A DNA stretch of 64,000 nt from positions 3,392,001-3,456,000 of the forward strand of contig OZ252299.1 of the NCBI GenBank assembly GCA_965250285.1. Direction: 5' to 3'. The notes beneath the pieces were generated by a model that saw only the letters and a list, made by a program, of their open reading frames with translations, made no database searches and was not told where the DNA came from. Below are positions 40,358 through 49,805 of the stretch, one piece after another (position 1 is the first letter of the stretch; each line of letters starts with the position of its first letter). The stretch comes from Myxococcota bacterium. GTDB taxonomy: Bacteria > Myxococcota_A > UBA9160 > UBA4427. Made by a program: the position numbers and the translations under genes.

Positions 40358-40671
40358 TCGACGCGGCGCGAGCGCCGCCGCAAACGGTCAGACTTCGGTC
40401 AAACCCGCCGCGCGGGCGCGCAGGTCGCCTCTGATTTCGACGCGGCGCGAGCGCCGCCGCGAACGGTCAGACTTCGGTCAAACCCGCTGCGCGGGCGCGC
40501 AGGTCGCCTCTGATTTCGACGCGGCGCGAGCGCCGCCGCGAACGGTCAGACTTCGGTCAAACCCGCTGCGCGGGCGCGCAGGTCGCCTCTGATTTCGACG
40601 CGGCGCGAGCGCCGCCGCGAACGGTCAGACTAGGGTCAAACCCGCCGCGATGGCGCGCAGGTCGCCTCTGA
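40358..40671. repeat. Tandem array of four 79-bp units
   Basis: Units start at 40358, 40437, 40516 and 40595; copies 2 and 3 identical, 1 and 4 slightly diverged; no spacers. Confidence 0.97.
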
Positions 40672-40672
40672 C

Positions 40673-41971
40673 TCACGCCCCCGAACGGCAGCTCGCCTCG
40701 CTCGTTCGGGCGGCTTCGACTGCGGCTCGGAACGCCGCGGGCGGCAGCTCGGGCCCGAGCAGGCCCCTCAGCGCGTCCTCTCGAGACGCTTCGGGCTCGA
40801 GCGCAGCGACGAAACCGTCGAGCAGCGCGAGGAACCCCCGGGCCGCGCCCGGCTGCGTCAGCGCCATCTCGAGCTCGATGTCGACGCCCGGCCGGTACCG
40901 CGTGCCGTCTTCGAAATCGACGACACCATCGGCCGACAGGTCGCCCAGGCGTCGCATCGAAGCGCGCACGTAGGGGTCGACGAACGAGCCGCGCGGGACC
41001 AGCGCACGAGCCAGCTCACCGGCGTCGAGCTCACGACGAAGCGCGTCGTCGAACGCGAGGCGACAGCCCTCGATGACCGAGGCATCGAGGCCCGCGAGCG
41101 CCGCCTGCGCGCGGCGGACGACGTCGGCGCCGCCGTCGGTCGGAGCCAGCTCGAGCACGAACGCATAGAGCTCGCGCGGCGCGTCGTAGTCCTGACGCGA
41201 ACGCAGCTCGGATCGCTCGCTGCCCTCGGGCGTGAGCACCATCTTCACCAGCAGGTCCTCACCGAGCTGCTGTGCGTAGCTCTCACCGATGAGCGGGCTG
41301 TGGATCTCTTCGACGCTCGCGCGGGCCCGCTTCGTCATTGCCGTCTCATTGAGGATCAGCGAGAGGCCGTCATCGCTCTCCTGGACGCGAAATGCAAGCG
41401 CCTCCTTCGTCATGAACGACAGCGACGACCGGCCCGCGAAGTATCGGTGGCCGACTGCCTCGAGCCGATTCGGGAGCGGCGAGAGATCGATCATGACCTT
41501 CTCGACGCCGGACCGCACCTTGATGCGGCGCGTGCGCTGCTGATAGCCCTCGGCGAACGCGCGGATCGTGAGCGTGTCGCGGGGTCCGGCATCGAGCCGC
41601 GACGGCAGGATCACGCGCACCGGCGCTTCGGCCTGCTCGAAGCGTTTCTGGAAGCCCGCGCGGACGTAGAAGAGATCGACGTAGCCCCCAGGTGGCGTCG
41701 TATCGATCTCGATCTCGCGGGCCGCGTAGAAGTGCGAGCGCCCCCGAAACAGAGCACCGATGGGCGCGACGACGTAGCGAAAGCTCCATTCGTCGGGTTC
41801 GGGCGGCGTGAGATCGAGGATCTCGGGCTCGGGTGCCGGTGGCGATTCGTCGGCATGGACCGACCGCGGCACGAGGCCGCTCGAGAGCGCGAGGCACACG
41901 AGGACACCGGCGCAGAGGGCGCGGGCGAAGTCGGGTCGATGCGGCGGGTGGGTTCGGCGGTTCGGCGACAT
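40673..41971 (-). CDS. Hypothetical secreted protein
   Basis: Signal-peptide-like ALCAGVLVCLALSSGLVPRSVHA; long ORF with host-like codon usage; no family recognised. Confidence 0.7.
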   Translation of the reverse strand: MSPNRRTHPPHRPDFARALCAGVLVCLALSSGLVPRSVHADESPPAPEPEILDLTPPEPDEWSFRYVVAPIGALFRGRSHFYAAREIEIDTTPPGGYVDLFYVRAGFQKRFEQAEAPVRVILPSRLDAGPRDTLTIRAFAEGYQQRTRRIKVRSGVEKVMIDLSPLPNRLEAVGHRYFAGRSSLSFMTKEALAFRVQESDDGLSLILNETAMTKRARASVEEIHSPLIGESYAQQLGEDLLVKMVLTPEGSERSELRSRQDYDAPRELYAFVLELAPTDGGADVVRRAQAALAGLDASVIEGCRLAFDDALRRELDAGELARALVPRGSFVDPYVRASMRRLGDLSADGVVDFEDGTRYRPGVDIELEMALTQPGAARGFLALLDGFVAALEPEASREDALRGLLGPELPPAAFRAAVEAARTSEASCRSGA

Positions 41972-42091
41972 GGGGCGGCTGAAGACGGGCGTTTGCGGTC
42001 GTGGGCGGAGTTCGATGCGCCCAGGCAGCAACTCGATCGAACCTGCGCCGCGCGCGCCCGGAGAGTACATGGGCCGTGCGTCGGTGCACGA

Positions 42092-42178
42092 CGCGGCGGC
42101 GTTCCCGACCCGATGAAGACGAGCCCTCGCCGCGGCGGCGTTCCCGACCCGATGAAGACCAGCCCTCGCCGCGGCGGC
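42092..42178. repeat. 39-bp tandem repeat (about 2.2 copies)
   Basis: CGCGGCGGCGTTCCCGACCCGATGAAGAC(G/C)AGCCCTCGC at 42092 and 42131, partial at 42170. Confidence 0.9.
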
Positions 42179-42213
42179 CGCGAGTTCGGGCTCGGGGCCG
42201 GCGGTCGGCGGTC

Positions 42214-42267
42214 GGCTCAGGGCTGCTCTTGGCTCAGGGCTGCTCTTGGCTCAGGGCTCAGGGCTGC
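42214..42267. repeat. 17-bp tandem repeat reiterating the anti-sigma stop region
   Basis: GGCTCAGGGCTGCTCTT x2 then GGCTCAGGGCTCAGGGCTGC overlapping the stop at 42258. Confidence 0.85.
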
Positions 42268-43343
42268 TGCTGCGCCGTACCGACGGCGGCGAAGTCGTCG
42301 GCGAGCACGGCGCCGAAGTCGCCGCCGGCGTTGCGCAGGCGCTCGACGATGCGGTCGAGCGAACCCTGCTCGGCGGCGTGCCGCGCGAGTCGGTCGACCC
42401 ACAGCTCCTGCTCCGCGAGGGTCAGCTGCGAGAGCTGCTGGGCGAACTGTTGCGGGTTGCCCTCCAAGATCGCGAGCCAGTCGTCGCGTGAACGCGGCTG
42501 CGCGCGCGCCTCGTCGCTGCCGACCCCGTAGCGCGCGGTCGGCGCGACCGCCGGGCGGCGCAACGTGGCATCGAGCGAGCTCGCATCACCGAGACCGGCC
42601 GGATTGCGACCGGCGACGGCGATCGACTGCGGCGGCGCATGGCCCGCACCCCACTCGGATCGGAAGGGGACGGGGGCCGGTACCGGCGCCGCATGGTTCT
42701 GGTCGATCTGATACGGCGGCGGTGTCGTGTCGAGCGCAATGTGCAGTCGGACGATCGGCGCCGGGCCGGCCGCGGGGCCGGAGGATGCGTCGCGCTCCGA
42801 CGCGGCGGGCACAGAATCGGCCGGCGCGAGGCTGGCGAGCTGCGAGCCCGCCGTGGTCGTTCTTTCGCGCGCTCGCAGCGCCCCGGTGTCGTTGGCGCCG
42901 TTCGCGGCCTGCACAGACACCGGTACCTCTTCGCGCGCGACCTCGACCGCGTCGCCGACGACCGGACGCATCCAGTCTCCGCCGGGCTCGAAGAGACCCA
43001 CCTGCTGGCCCCAGAGCACGAAGCCCGCCGAAAGCAGCGCGGCCGACGCGGGGGCGAGGACGCGCGGTGAGAACGCGTCTTCGAAGAACGCGTTGACCCG
43101 ATCCATGAAGGAGGGCTTCGCGTCGCCATTGCGGATGCGCCGCATCACGTTGGCGCTGAAATCGCCGGGTACCTCGGGCTCGGGAAGGCTGCGGAGCAGA
43201 CCGATCGTGGCACGCATCTGGGCCACCTCGGCTGAGCACACTGGGCAACCGTCGAGGTGGGCATCGAGCAGAGCGCGGTCGGTCAGACCGAGCTGGCCCT
43301 CGAGGTAGTCGCCCATCTTGGCGCGAACTTCAGCACAGTTCAC
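42258..43343 (-). CDS. Zinc-finger (zf-HC2) transmembrane anti-sigma factor
   Basis: N-terminal C...HLDGCPVC (HxxxCxxC), TM segment, downstream of ECF sigma. Confidence 0.85.
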   Translation of the reverse strand: MNCAEVRAKMGDYLEGQLGLTDRALLDAHLDGCPVCSAEVAQMRATIGLLRSLPEPEVPGDFSANVMRRIRNGDAKPSFMDRVNAFFEDAFSPRVLAPASAALLSAGFVLWGQQVGLFEPGGDWMRPVVGDAVEVAREEVPVSVQAANGANDTGALRARERTTTAGSQLASLAPADSVPAASERDASSGPAAGPAPIVRLHIALDTTPPPYQIDQNHAAPVPAPVPFRSEWGAGHAPPQSIAVAGRNPAGLGDASSLDATLRRPAVAPTARYGVGSDEARAQPRSRDDWLAILEGNPQQFAQQLSQLTLAEQELWVDRLARHAAEQGSLDRIVERLRNAGGDFGAVLADDFAAVGTAQQQP

Positions 43344-43479
43344 GGGTTCTCGGCCCTCTCCGGCGATGCGCTCCGGTCGGAGGCCTCGCGCGTTGCAGCG
43401 GATTCGAAACGGAAGGTCGACGTCGCACGCCGTTGGGCGGTGCGCGTCGCGTCGACGCCACGCGGGTCGAGCGCAGGGC

Positions 43480-44148
43480 TCACAGCACGGCGTCCTGATC
43501 GGCGCGGGGCAGCAGGCTCTTCAGCTCGTCGCGTAAGGCCTTGCGTGCTCGGTGGATGCGACTCTTCACGGTGCCTTCGGCGATGCCGAGCACCTTGGCG
43601 ATCTCGCCGTAGGAGAGCCCCTCGATGTCGTACAGGATCACCGGCATGCGCAGCGAAGGCGAGAGCTCTTGCAGCGCCTCGCGCACGCGCGCGGTGAGCT
43701 CGGCCCCCGCGGTGGCGTCCTCGGGGTTGCGCGGCGCGGTCGGCAGATCGTCGCCCGCCTCGTTGCGCACCTTGAGCTTCTCGATGCGCGCGCGGCTTCG
43801 GCCGAGCGAGCGCCGGCGATTGAGCGCGGCGTTCGCGGCCACGCGATAGACGAAGGTCGAAAAACGCGACTCGGCGCGAAAGCGGCGACCGTGCCGGTGG
43901 AGACTGAGGAAGGTCTCCTGGGCGACGTCCTCGGCCTCTTCGCGGGTCCCCATCATGCGCATGAGCAGGCGGAAGACCCGCTGCTCGTGCCGCTTGACGA
44001 GCTCCTCGAAAGCCGACTCGTCGCCATCCTTCCAGCGATTCACCAACTCGATGTCGGGGTCATCCACGATGACGCGACCGCGGCCAGCTGCGGCGGCGGT
44101 GTGGGTGACCATGGGGGCCTGACTGCTCTCGACGTACGGGTATGCCAT
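43480..44148 (-). CDS. ECF RNA polymerase sigma factor (RpoE/SigW-like)
   Basis: AEDVAQETF, FSTFVYRVAAN, GLSYGEIA, GTVKSRIHRAR; start estimated from GAGAGG RBS. Confidence 0.93.
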   Translation of the reverse strand: MAYPYVESSQAPMVTHTAAAAGRGRVIVDDPDIELVNRWKDGDESAFEELVKRHEQRVFRLLMRMMGTREEAEDVAQETFLSLHRHGRRFRAESRFSTFVYRVAANAALNRRRSLGRSRARIEKLKVRNEAGDDLPTAPRNPEDATAGAELTARVREALQELSPSLRMPVILYDIEGLSYGEIAKVLGIAEGTVKSRIHRARKALRDELKSLLPRADQDAVL

Positions 44149-44333
44149 GAATCGCCTCTCGTGGTCGGAGGGATCCCGTCCGGACGTCTCCGGTTCCCGT
44201 TCGGGGGTCACATTTTCGCTCGAATCCTCACGGGGGGCGGCCTGGGGGCCTTCCGACGCACGTGTCTCGTCGGCCTCTTGCCCCTCGGGGCGCGGGGCCG
44301 CATCGGGCTCGTGGGCGTCCGGGCCGGAGGCGA

Positions 44334-44867
44334 TCAATCCTCTCCCGCGAGGGGACGCTCGCCTTCACCGGGTCGCACCCAGGTGCCACTCTTACCGCCG
44401 CTCTTCGACGCCAACCGGACCGCGTCGATCGTCATGCCCCGGTCGATCGCCTTGCACATGTCGTAGAGCGTGAGCCCGGCGGCCGAGGCAGCGACCAGCG
44501 CCTCCATCTCGACACCCGTCTTCCAATGGGCCTCCACCCGCGCCTCCACCCGCACCAGGCTCTCGGCCGGGTCGGCCTCGAAGAACACCTCGACCGAGTC
44601 GATGGGCATGGGATGGCAGAGCGGGATCCACTCTCCGGTACGCTTGGCCGCCTGGATCCCGGCGATGCGGGCCGTCGCGAGGACGTCGCCCTTCGGCATC
44701 TCACCCGCACTGATGCGGGCGAGGGTCTCGGGCGCCATGTGCACCTCGCACCGCGCGATGCAGACGCGGTGCGTGACGGCCTTCTCGCCGACGTTGACCA
44801 TGCGCGCACGGCCTTCGGCGTCGAGGTGGGTGAGCCCGCCGGGATCGTCCGCCTGCGAGCGGCTCAT
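44334..44867 (-). CDS. moaC: Cyclic pyranopterin monophosphate synthase
   Basis: [44 protein letters not shown]. Confidence 0.97.
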   Translation of the reverse strand: MSRSQADDPGGLTHLDAEGRARMVNVGEKAVTHRVCIARCEVHMAPETLARISAGEMPKGDVLATARIAGIQAAKRTGEWIPLCHPMPIDSVEVFFEADPAESLVRVEARVEAHWKTGVEMEALVAASAAGLTLYDMCKAIDRGMTIDAVRLASKSGGKSGTWVRPGEGERPLAGED

Positions 44868-45784
44868 GCCGAAGCGCCCTCCAGGGCTGCATCAGGTGTG
44901 GCGGGCCGCGAGGCCTCGGTCTCGGCGAGCTGCGCGTCGATCCAGTCGAGCAGGTCGGTGAAGACCTGCTCCTGCTCGGGCTCGTTGAAGATCTCGTGTC
45001 GCAGCTCGGGATAGACTTGGAGCGCGCTGCCCGCGACGCTCGCATGCGGCAGGGCTTCGAAGAACCGCCGGCTGCCCTCGGGCTCGCAGAGCGGATCGTC
45101 TTCGCCGTGCAGCAGCAGCATCGGCTGCCGCACGTTCGGTGCGGCCTCGAGCGCCTGCACCGTGATCTCGTTCATCGAGGCGCCGAACGCCACCGACGCC
45201 TTGCCGTGCACCAGCGGGTCGGCTTCGTAGGCGCGAATCACCTCGGGGTCGCGCGAGAGGCCCTGCACGTCGAGGCCGGCCTCGATCGCGAGGGTCGGCC
45301 AGATGCGTCGCAGCACGCGGGCGAGCCACAGCTTGAACGAAGAGACGCCCTTCCCCACCGCGAGCGCGGCCCCCGACGTCGCGACGAGATCGGCATCGGG
45401 CGTCCGCAGGCCGGCCAGGCTCGCCACGATCAGGCCGCCCATGCTGTGCCCGAGCAGCACCAGCGGCAGGCCCGGGTGCGCGGTTCGCACCTGCTCGACG
45501 AAGCGCTCGAGGTCATCGTGGAACCAGTGGAAACCGTCGACGTGGCCGCGGCGTCCACTCGACTGCCCGTGCCCCACGTGGTCATACGCGTGAACGGCGA
45601 AATCCCGTTGAGCGAAGAAGCGAGCGAGGGTCTCGTATCGGCCCGAGTGCTCGCCGAAGCCGTGGACGACCACGAGGACGGCCCGCGGGTCGGGGGGCAG
45701 CCACGCGCGGCGGAACAGCGAGCGGCCTTCCGCCCCCTCGAAGCGCGTCTCCACCCGCCGAAGATCCTGTAACGAGGCGCTCAT
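44864..45784 (-). CDS. Alpha/beta hydrolase (lysophospholipase/monoacylglycerol lipase)
   Basis: [38 protein letters not shown]. Confidence 0.92.
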   Translation of the reverse strand: MSASLQDLRRVETRFEGAEGRSLFRRAWLPPDPRAVLVVVHGFGEHSGRYETLARFFAQRDFAVHAYDHVGHGQSSGRRGHVDGFHWFHDDLERFVEQVRTAHPGLPLVLLGHSMGGLIVASLAGLRTPDADLVATSGAALAVGKGVSSFKLWLARVLRRIWPTLAIEAGLDVQGLSRDPEVIRAYEADPLVHGKASVAFGASMNEITVQALEAAPNVRQPMLLLHGEDDPLCEPEGSRRFFEALPHASVAGSALQVYPELRHEIFNEPEQEQVFTDLLDWIDAQLAETEASRPATPDAALEGASA

Positions 45785-45975
45785 CGCCCGCTCCGACTCA
45801 CGCGCCGCTCCTTCGCGTCCGCATCGGCGTCGCCCTGCAACGCGCAGCGCGACGGATCGACGTGCATGGTACGCGATCGATGGCGCTTGCCACGAAACGG
45901 CGCGGGCTGAAGGCGCGACGCCTCGAACGGAGTCGTCCGGCCGACTGGGTCAGATGGGCCAGCGGGGACGCTGGA

Positions 45976-46587
45976 TCAGGAAGCAGCGAGCTCGCGGACG
46001 CGGTCGCGGGCGGCGAGCACCTTGGCGAGGTAGCGGCCATCCCGCACGTCCGTCCCCCAGAAATACGCGGAGATCCCGCGCTCGAAGCCCCACCGGCGGA
46101 TGTTGTCCGAGAGGATGAAGCAGCCCGCCTCGATGTTGCTCTCGACGGTCATCGCGTTCCCCGCGAGCGCCATGGGGCGCATCATGTGCGGCATCACCTG
46201 CATGAGACCCAGCGCCCCCTTCGGCGAGGACGCCTCGGGCCGGGCATCGCTCTCGACGATGATCACGGCGAGCACGAGATCGGGCGGCAGCTCGTAGCGG
46301 TGGGCCGAGCGGAGCACGGCCGACACGATGCGATGGCGCTCGTACGCAGCGAGGCCGGGGTTCGCGAGGGCCAGCACCTCGTCGATCTGCTCCGCGGTGG
46401 TCGGCACGGCGGCCGCGCTCGGCGCCGAGACCGACGAGGTGTCGCGCAGGGTCGGCGCGCTGAGTAACCCGAGGGACAGGGCCACCAGGGTCAGCACGAG
46501 CATCCGACGCGGCGCGATGTCGCGCGCGCGACCGACTGCGTCGCCCTGGGGATCGAGCTGAGGCTGGGTCTCGCTCTGGGGGGCCAC
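45976..46587 (-). CDS. SLT-domain lytic transglycosylase
   Basis: AVIIVES, SPKGALGLMQVMP, NIEAG; N-terminal hydrophobic anchor; AGGAG before GTG 46587. Confidence 0.88.
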   Translation of the reverse strand: MAPQSETQPQLDPQGDAVGRARDIAPRRMLVLTLVALSLGLLSAPTLRDTSSVSAPSAAAVPTTAEQIDEVLALANPGLAAYERHRIVSAVLRSAHRYELPPDLVLAVIIVESDARPEASSPKGALGLMQVMPHMMRPMALAGNAMTVESNIEAGCFILSDNIRRWGFERGISAYFWGTDVRDGRYLAKVLAARDRVRELAAS

Positions 46588-46899
46588 CGTCTTCTCCTGG
46601 ACCGCTCGCCCCGGAGACTGCGCTGGCCGAGCGCCGCATGCAGCGGCACCGACCAAGCCGTGTCGGGGGGCGGCTTGGTGAGGAACGACACCAAGGATAC
46701 CGGTGGCCCACCTCGAGAGCCACGAAATCCGGCCCCTGGCCCCCGCCGGTGCACACCTCCGCTCCGCCGTGGGGCAATCGACCGGCAGGACCCGATGAAA
46801 TTTCAGGTGGAATCGGGGGTATCTTTTTCGAACGCCATTTTGAAGTCGGCCCCTGACCGCCAGTCTGGTAGCTTGACGGGGCGAAGCCGCAGACCCCCC

Positions 46900-47763
46900 A
46901 TGACCCACCGCGACCCTACGATGGATGCGCCGCCTCGAGTACCCGATGCAGCCCCGCTGCCTCGCGATGCAAAGGGCGTCTCGTGCGCGCGACCGGGCGA
47001 AGGATCGCCCGGTGGCTTCCACGACGAGTCGCGAGACGAGCTCGAGGCCCGCTGCGCGCGACAGGCCGAGCGCATCGCGTCACTCGAACGCGACCTGCAC
47101 GCGCTGTCGCATACGATCCGTTCACCGCTCGTTGCATTGAAGGGTTTCGCAGGCCTGCTCGAAGAAGACGTCGCCGAGCGCCTCGGCGACAACGGCCGGC
47201 ACTTTCTCGGCCGCATCGTCGAGGCGGGCCGACGCATCGAGCTCCGGCTCAACGACCTCTCACAGCTGATGAACCTCGCCGAGCAGCCCCCCAACCCCGG
47301 CTGGATCGACCCGATCGGCATCGTCGAAGCACTGGCCGCCGACTTCAAACCGGCCCTCGACGACACGGGCATGCGCATCCTCGTGTCGCAGGATCCGCCG
47401 CTCGTCTACTGCGATGCGGTCCAGCTCGAGCTCGCGCTGCGCCATCTCATCGGCAACGCCCTGCAGCACGGCGCACCGTCAGAGCCGCGCCACGTCGAAG
47501 TGCAGTTCGTTCGCGACGACGACGGCACGCACGTGCGCGTCGCCGACGCCGGCCCCGGGATGGATCCGAGCGTGGAGGGACGCGCCTTCGAGCCCTTCGA
47601 CACGGCGGGCGGCCGCCAGCGTCGCTTCGACGAAGGGCGCGAATCGAGCGGCGTCGGCCTCGCCCTCGTCGAGCGCATTGCCATCGCCCACGGCGGCCGC
47701 GTGCGGCTCGACACGTCAGCCGGTCATGGCACGGCCGTCGTCATCACTTTCCCCCACGAATAG
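46900..47763 (+). CDS. Histidine kinase lacking an obvious sensor domain
   Basis: LSHTIRSPL H-box, LIGNALQH N-box, VADAGPGM, AFEPF, GVGLALV, AHGG. Confidence 0.82.
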   Translation: MTHRDPTMDAPPRVPDAAPLPRDAKGVSCARPGEGSPGGFHDESRDELEARCARQAERIASLERDLHALSHTIRSPLVALKGFAGLLEEDVAERLGDNGRHFLGRIVEAGRRIELRLNDLSQLMNLAEQPPNPGWIDPIGIVEALAADFKPALDDTGMRILVSQDPPLVYCDAVQLELALRHLIGNALQHGAPSEPRHVEVQFVRDDDGTHVRVADAGPGMDPSVEGRAFEPFDTAGGRQRRFDEGRESSGVGLALVERIAIAHGGRVRLDTSAGHGTAVVITFPHE

Positions 47764-47886
47764 CCCCACGCGGCGACGCGCCCGTTCGACGCCGCGCCGG
47801 CGCAGAAGGCGCCCGCTGCCCCGTGCACCCGCCGACGTCATCGGATCGATTGCCGCCCCCGTCCCCATCCCGTAGGCTGCGCCGCC

Positions 47887-48657
47887 ATGTACCCGATCGT
47901 CTTCTCCATCCCGCATCCCTGGGGCGAGCTGACCGTCACCACCTTCGGGCTGATGATGGCGCTCGGCTTCCTCGCCGCGTACTACATCACGGCGAAGGCG
48001 ATGGCCGAAGATGGCCTCGATGTCGAGCAGGCACCCAACCTGCTGATCTGGATCATGCTCGGCGGCGTCTTCGGCTCGAAGCTCTACTACGCGGTCGATG
48101 TGTCGATCCGCGAGGGTCTGCCCTTCACACAGTTGCTCTTCGACCGTGCGGGCATGACGTGGTACGGCGGGCTGATGGGCGGGGCGCTGATGGCGATCAT
48201 CGGCGCGCGCGTCCACAAGATCCCGGTCGGGACGTTCGCGAAGAACGTGGCGCCCGGTCTCGCCGTGGGTCAGGCCTTCGGACGCATCGGGTGTTTTCTC
48301 GTCGGCGACGACTACGGCAAGGTGACCAACGTGCCGTGGGGCGTCTCGTTCCCGCAAGGCGCCCCGCCCACGCTCGATACGGTGCACCCCACGCAGCTCT
48401 ACGAAGTCTTCTGGCTGCTCCCGATCGCCGGCCTGCTCTGGTCGCGACGGCACACCAGCCCGTGGCTGATCGGCGAGTACCTGATGGCCAACGGCGCCGG
48501 CCGCATCGTGATCGAGCACTGGCGGGTCAACGACCGCGTGGCGCTCGGCATGACCGAGCCGCAGTGGATCGGCGTCGCGCTCGTGGTGATCGGCTTGAGC
48601 GGCTGGCTGTATCAGTTCCAGAAGCAGCGCACCGCCGCGACCGCCGCGAAGGCGTAG
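47887..48657 (+). CDS. lgt: Prolipoprotein diacylglyceryl transferase
   Basis: GMTWYGG, GQAFGRIGCFLVGDDYG, HPTQLYE, RIVIEHWR. Confidence 0.93.
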   Translation: MYPIVFSIPHPWGELTVTTFGLMMALGFLAAYYITAKAMAEDGLDVEQAPNLLIWIMLGGVFGSKLYYAVDVSIREGLPFTQLLFDRAGMTWYGGLMGGALMAIIGARVHKIPVGTFAKNVAPGLAVGQAFGRIGCFLVGDDYGKVTNVPWGVSFPQGAPPTLDTVHPTQLYEVFWLLPIAGLLWSRRHTSPWLIGEYLMANGAGRIVIEHWRVNDRVALGMTEPQWIGVALVVIGLSGWLYQFQKQRTAATAAKA

Positions 48658-48706
48658 ACGCAAGCGAAGGCAACATCGTCGACGCTCCTTGCCATCGCGG
48701 CGAACG

Positions 48707-49675
48707 TCAGGTCTCGTCGGCCCCGGCCTGCTCTGACAATCGATCGCAGAGCGTCTTGGCCCGGGCGACCAGCTCGGCGGCGTCATCGCCTTCGACGAGC
48801 TTGTCGAGCCGGGCCATGGCCGCCGCGGCGTAGCGCGCCTTGATCGGCGCCTCGTGCGCGCCTCCGGCCTCGCACCAGGCCCCGAGCGCATCGACGCTCT
48901 CCGCGTAGGCGCCTCGCAGGAAAGCGCGCATGCCCTCGGCATATCGAATCATGTTGCGCGTCAGCGCCGGATCGGCCCCACGCTCGGTCGCGAGCCCGAG
49001 GGCCTCGAGCGCCTCTTCGAAGTAGGCGCTCTCGAGGTAGGAGCGTGCGACGACGAGCGCCGCCGCCGGGGCCCCGCCGTAGAGCTCATCGAGCAGATCC
49101 TCCCCCGGTCCATCGTACGCCGGCGCGACGAAGACCCGGTCGACCTGCACCGCCCGCTCGTGCAGGCAGCGCGCGAGCAGGCCACTCGTCGCATGCTCGG
49201 CGAGCAACGCACGCACGTGTCGCCGCGCCAGCTCCATGAGCGATCTTGCCTCGTAGAACGCCTCGTGCAGGTGTCGCCCCGAGAGCTCGAGCAGATGCTC
49301 GAGCTCTCGGATCGACTCGGCGTGGGAGGGCTTCGCCCGGGCGCGCAGCCGTTCGAACCGGCCCGCGTAGGCCTCGATCTGGTAGAGGTTCTCGCGGAGC
49401 TTCATCGCCTCGTGAAAGAGCGAGCCCGCGACCAGATCGAGCAGCTCGGCTGGACCGATCTCGCCGGCGTCGGGCGGGCCGGATGCGCGCAGCAACGCGT
49501 GGCAATGCTCCTTCAGGCGGTAGAGCACGCTCGAGGCGTCGTCGCCCGCCCACGCCGCGACGTCTTCGAACGAGAGACGATCCTCGTCGTGGGCTTCGAC
49601 CAGCCGCGCGAGGGCCTGATGGGCGTCGAGGAAGTCGCGCAGCAGATCGACGACGATGGACTCGGTGCGCTTCAT
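48707..49675 (-). CDS. Hypothetical alpha-helical protein
   Basis: 322-aa ORF with host-like codon usage; LYRLKEHCHALLR, GSLFHEAMKLRENLYQ; no family recognised. Confidence 0.7.
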   Translation of the reverse strand: MKRTESIVVDLLRDFLDAHQALARLVEAHDEDRLSFEDVAAWAGDDASSVLYRLKEHCHALLRASGPPDAGEIGPAELLDLVAGSLFHEAMKLRENLYQIEAYAGRFERLRARAKPSHAESIRELEHLLELSGRHLHEAFYEARSLMELARRHVRALLAEHATSGLLARCLHERAVQVDRVFVAPAYDGPGEDLLDELYGGAPAAALVVARSYLESAYFEEALEALGLATERGADPALTRNMIRYAEGMRAFLRGAYAESVDALGAWCEAGGAHEAPIKARYAAAAMARLDKLVEGDDAAELVARAKTLCDRLSEQAGADET

Positions 49676-49805
49676 CGCGTCAGTATACCCACCGGTGAAG
49701 GGCGCTCGCGCCCGTGATGAGCGCTGCGCGCGCGTCCGAGGCGATGCACACCCAGCCCTTCAGCGGCTCGCGGCCCTGACACGACGGTGCGAGAATCGCG
49801 CACCG

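Noticed and set aside
40358..40671. CRISPR array
   Set aside because: Units are identical along their whole length with no unique spacers, and no cas genes are in the window.
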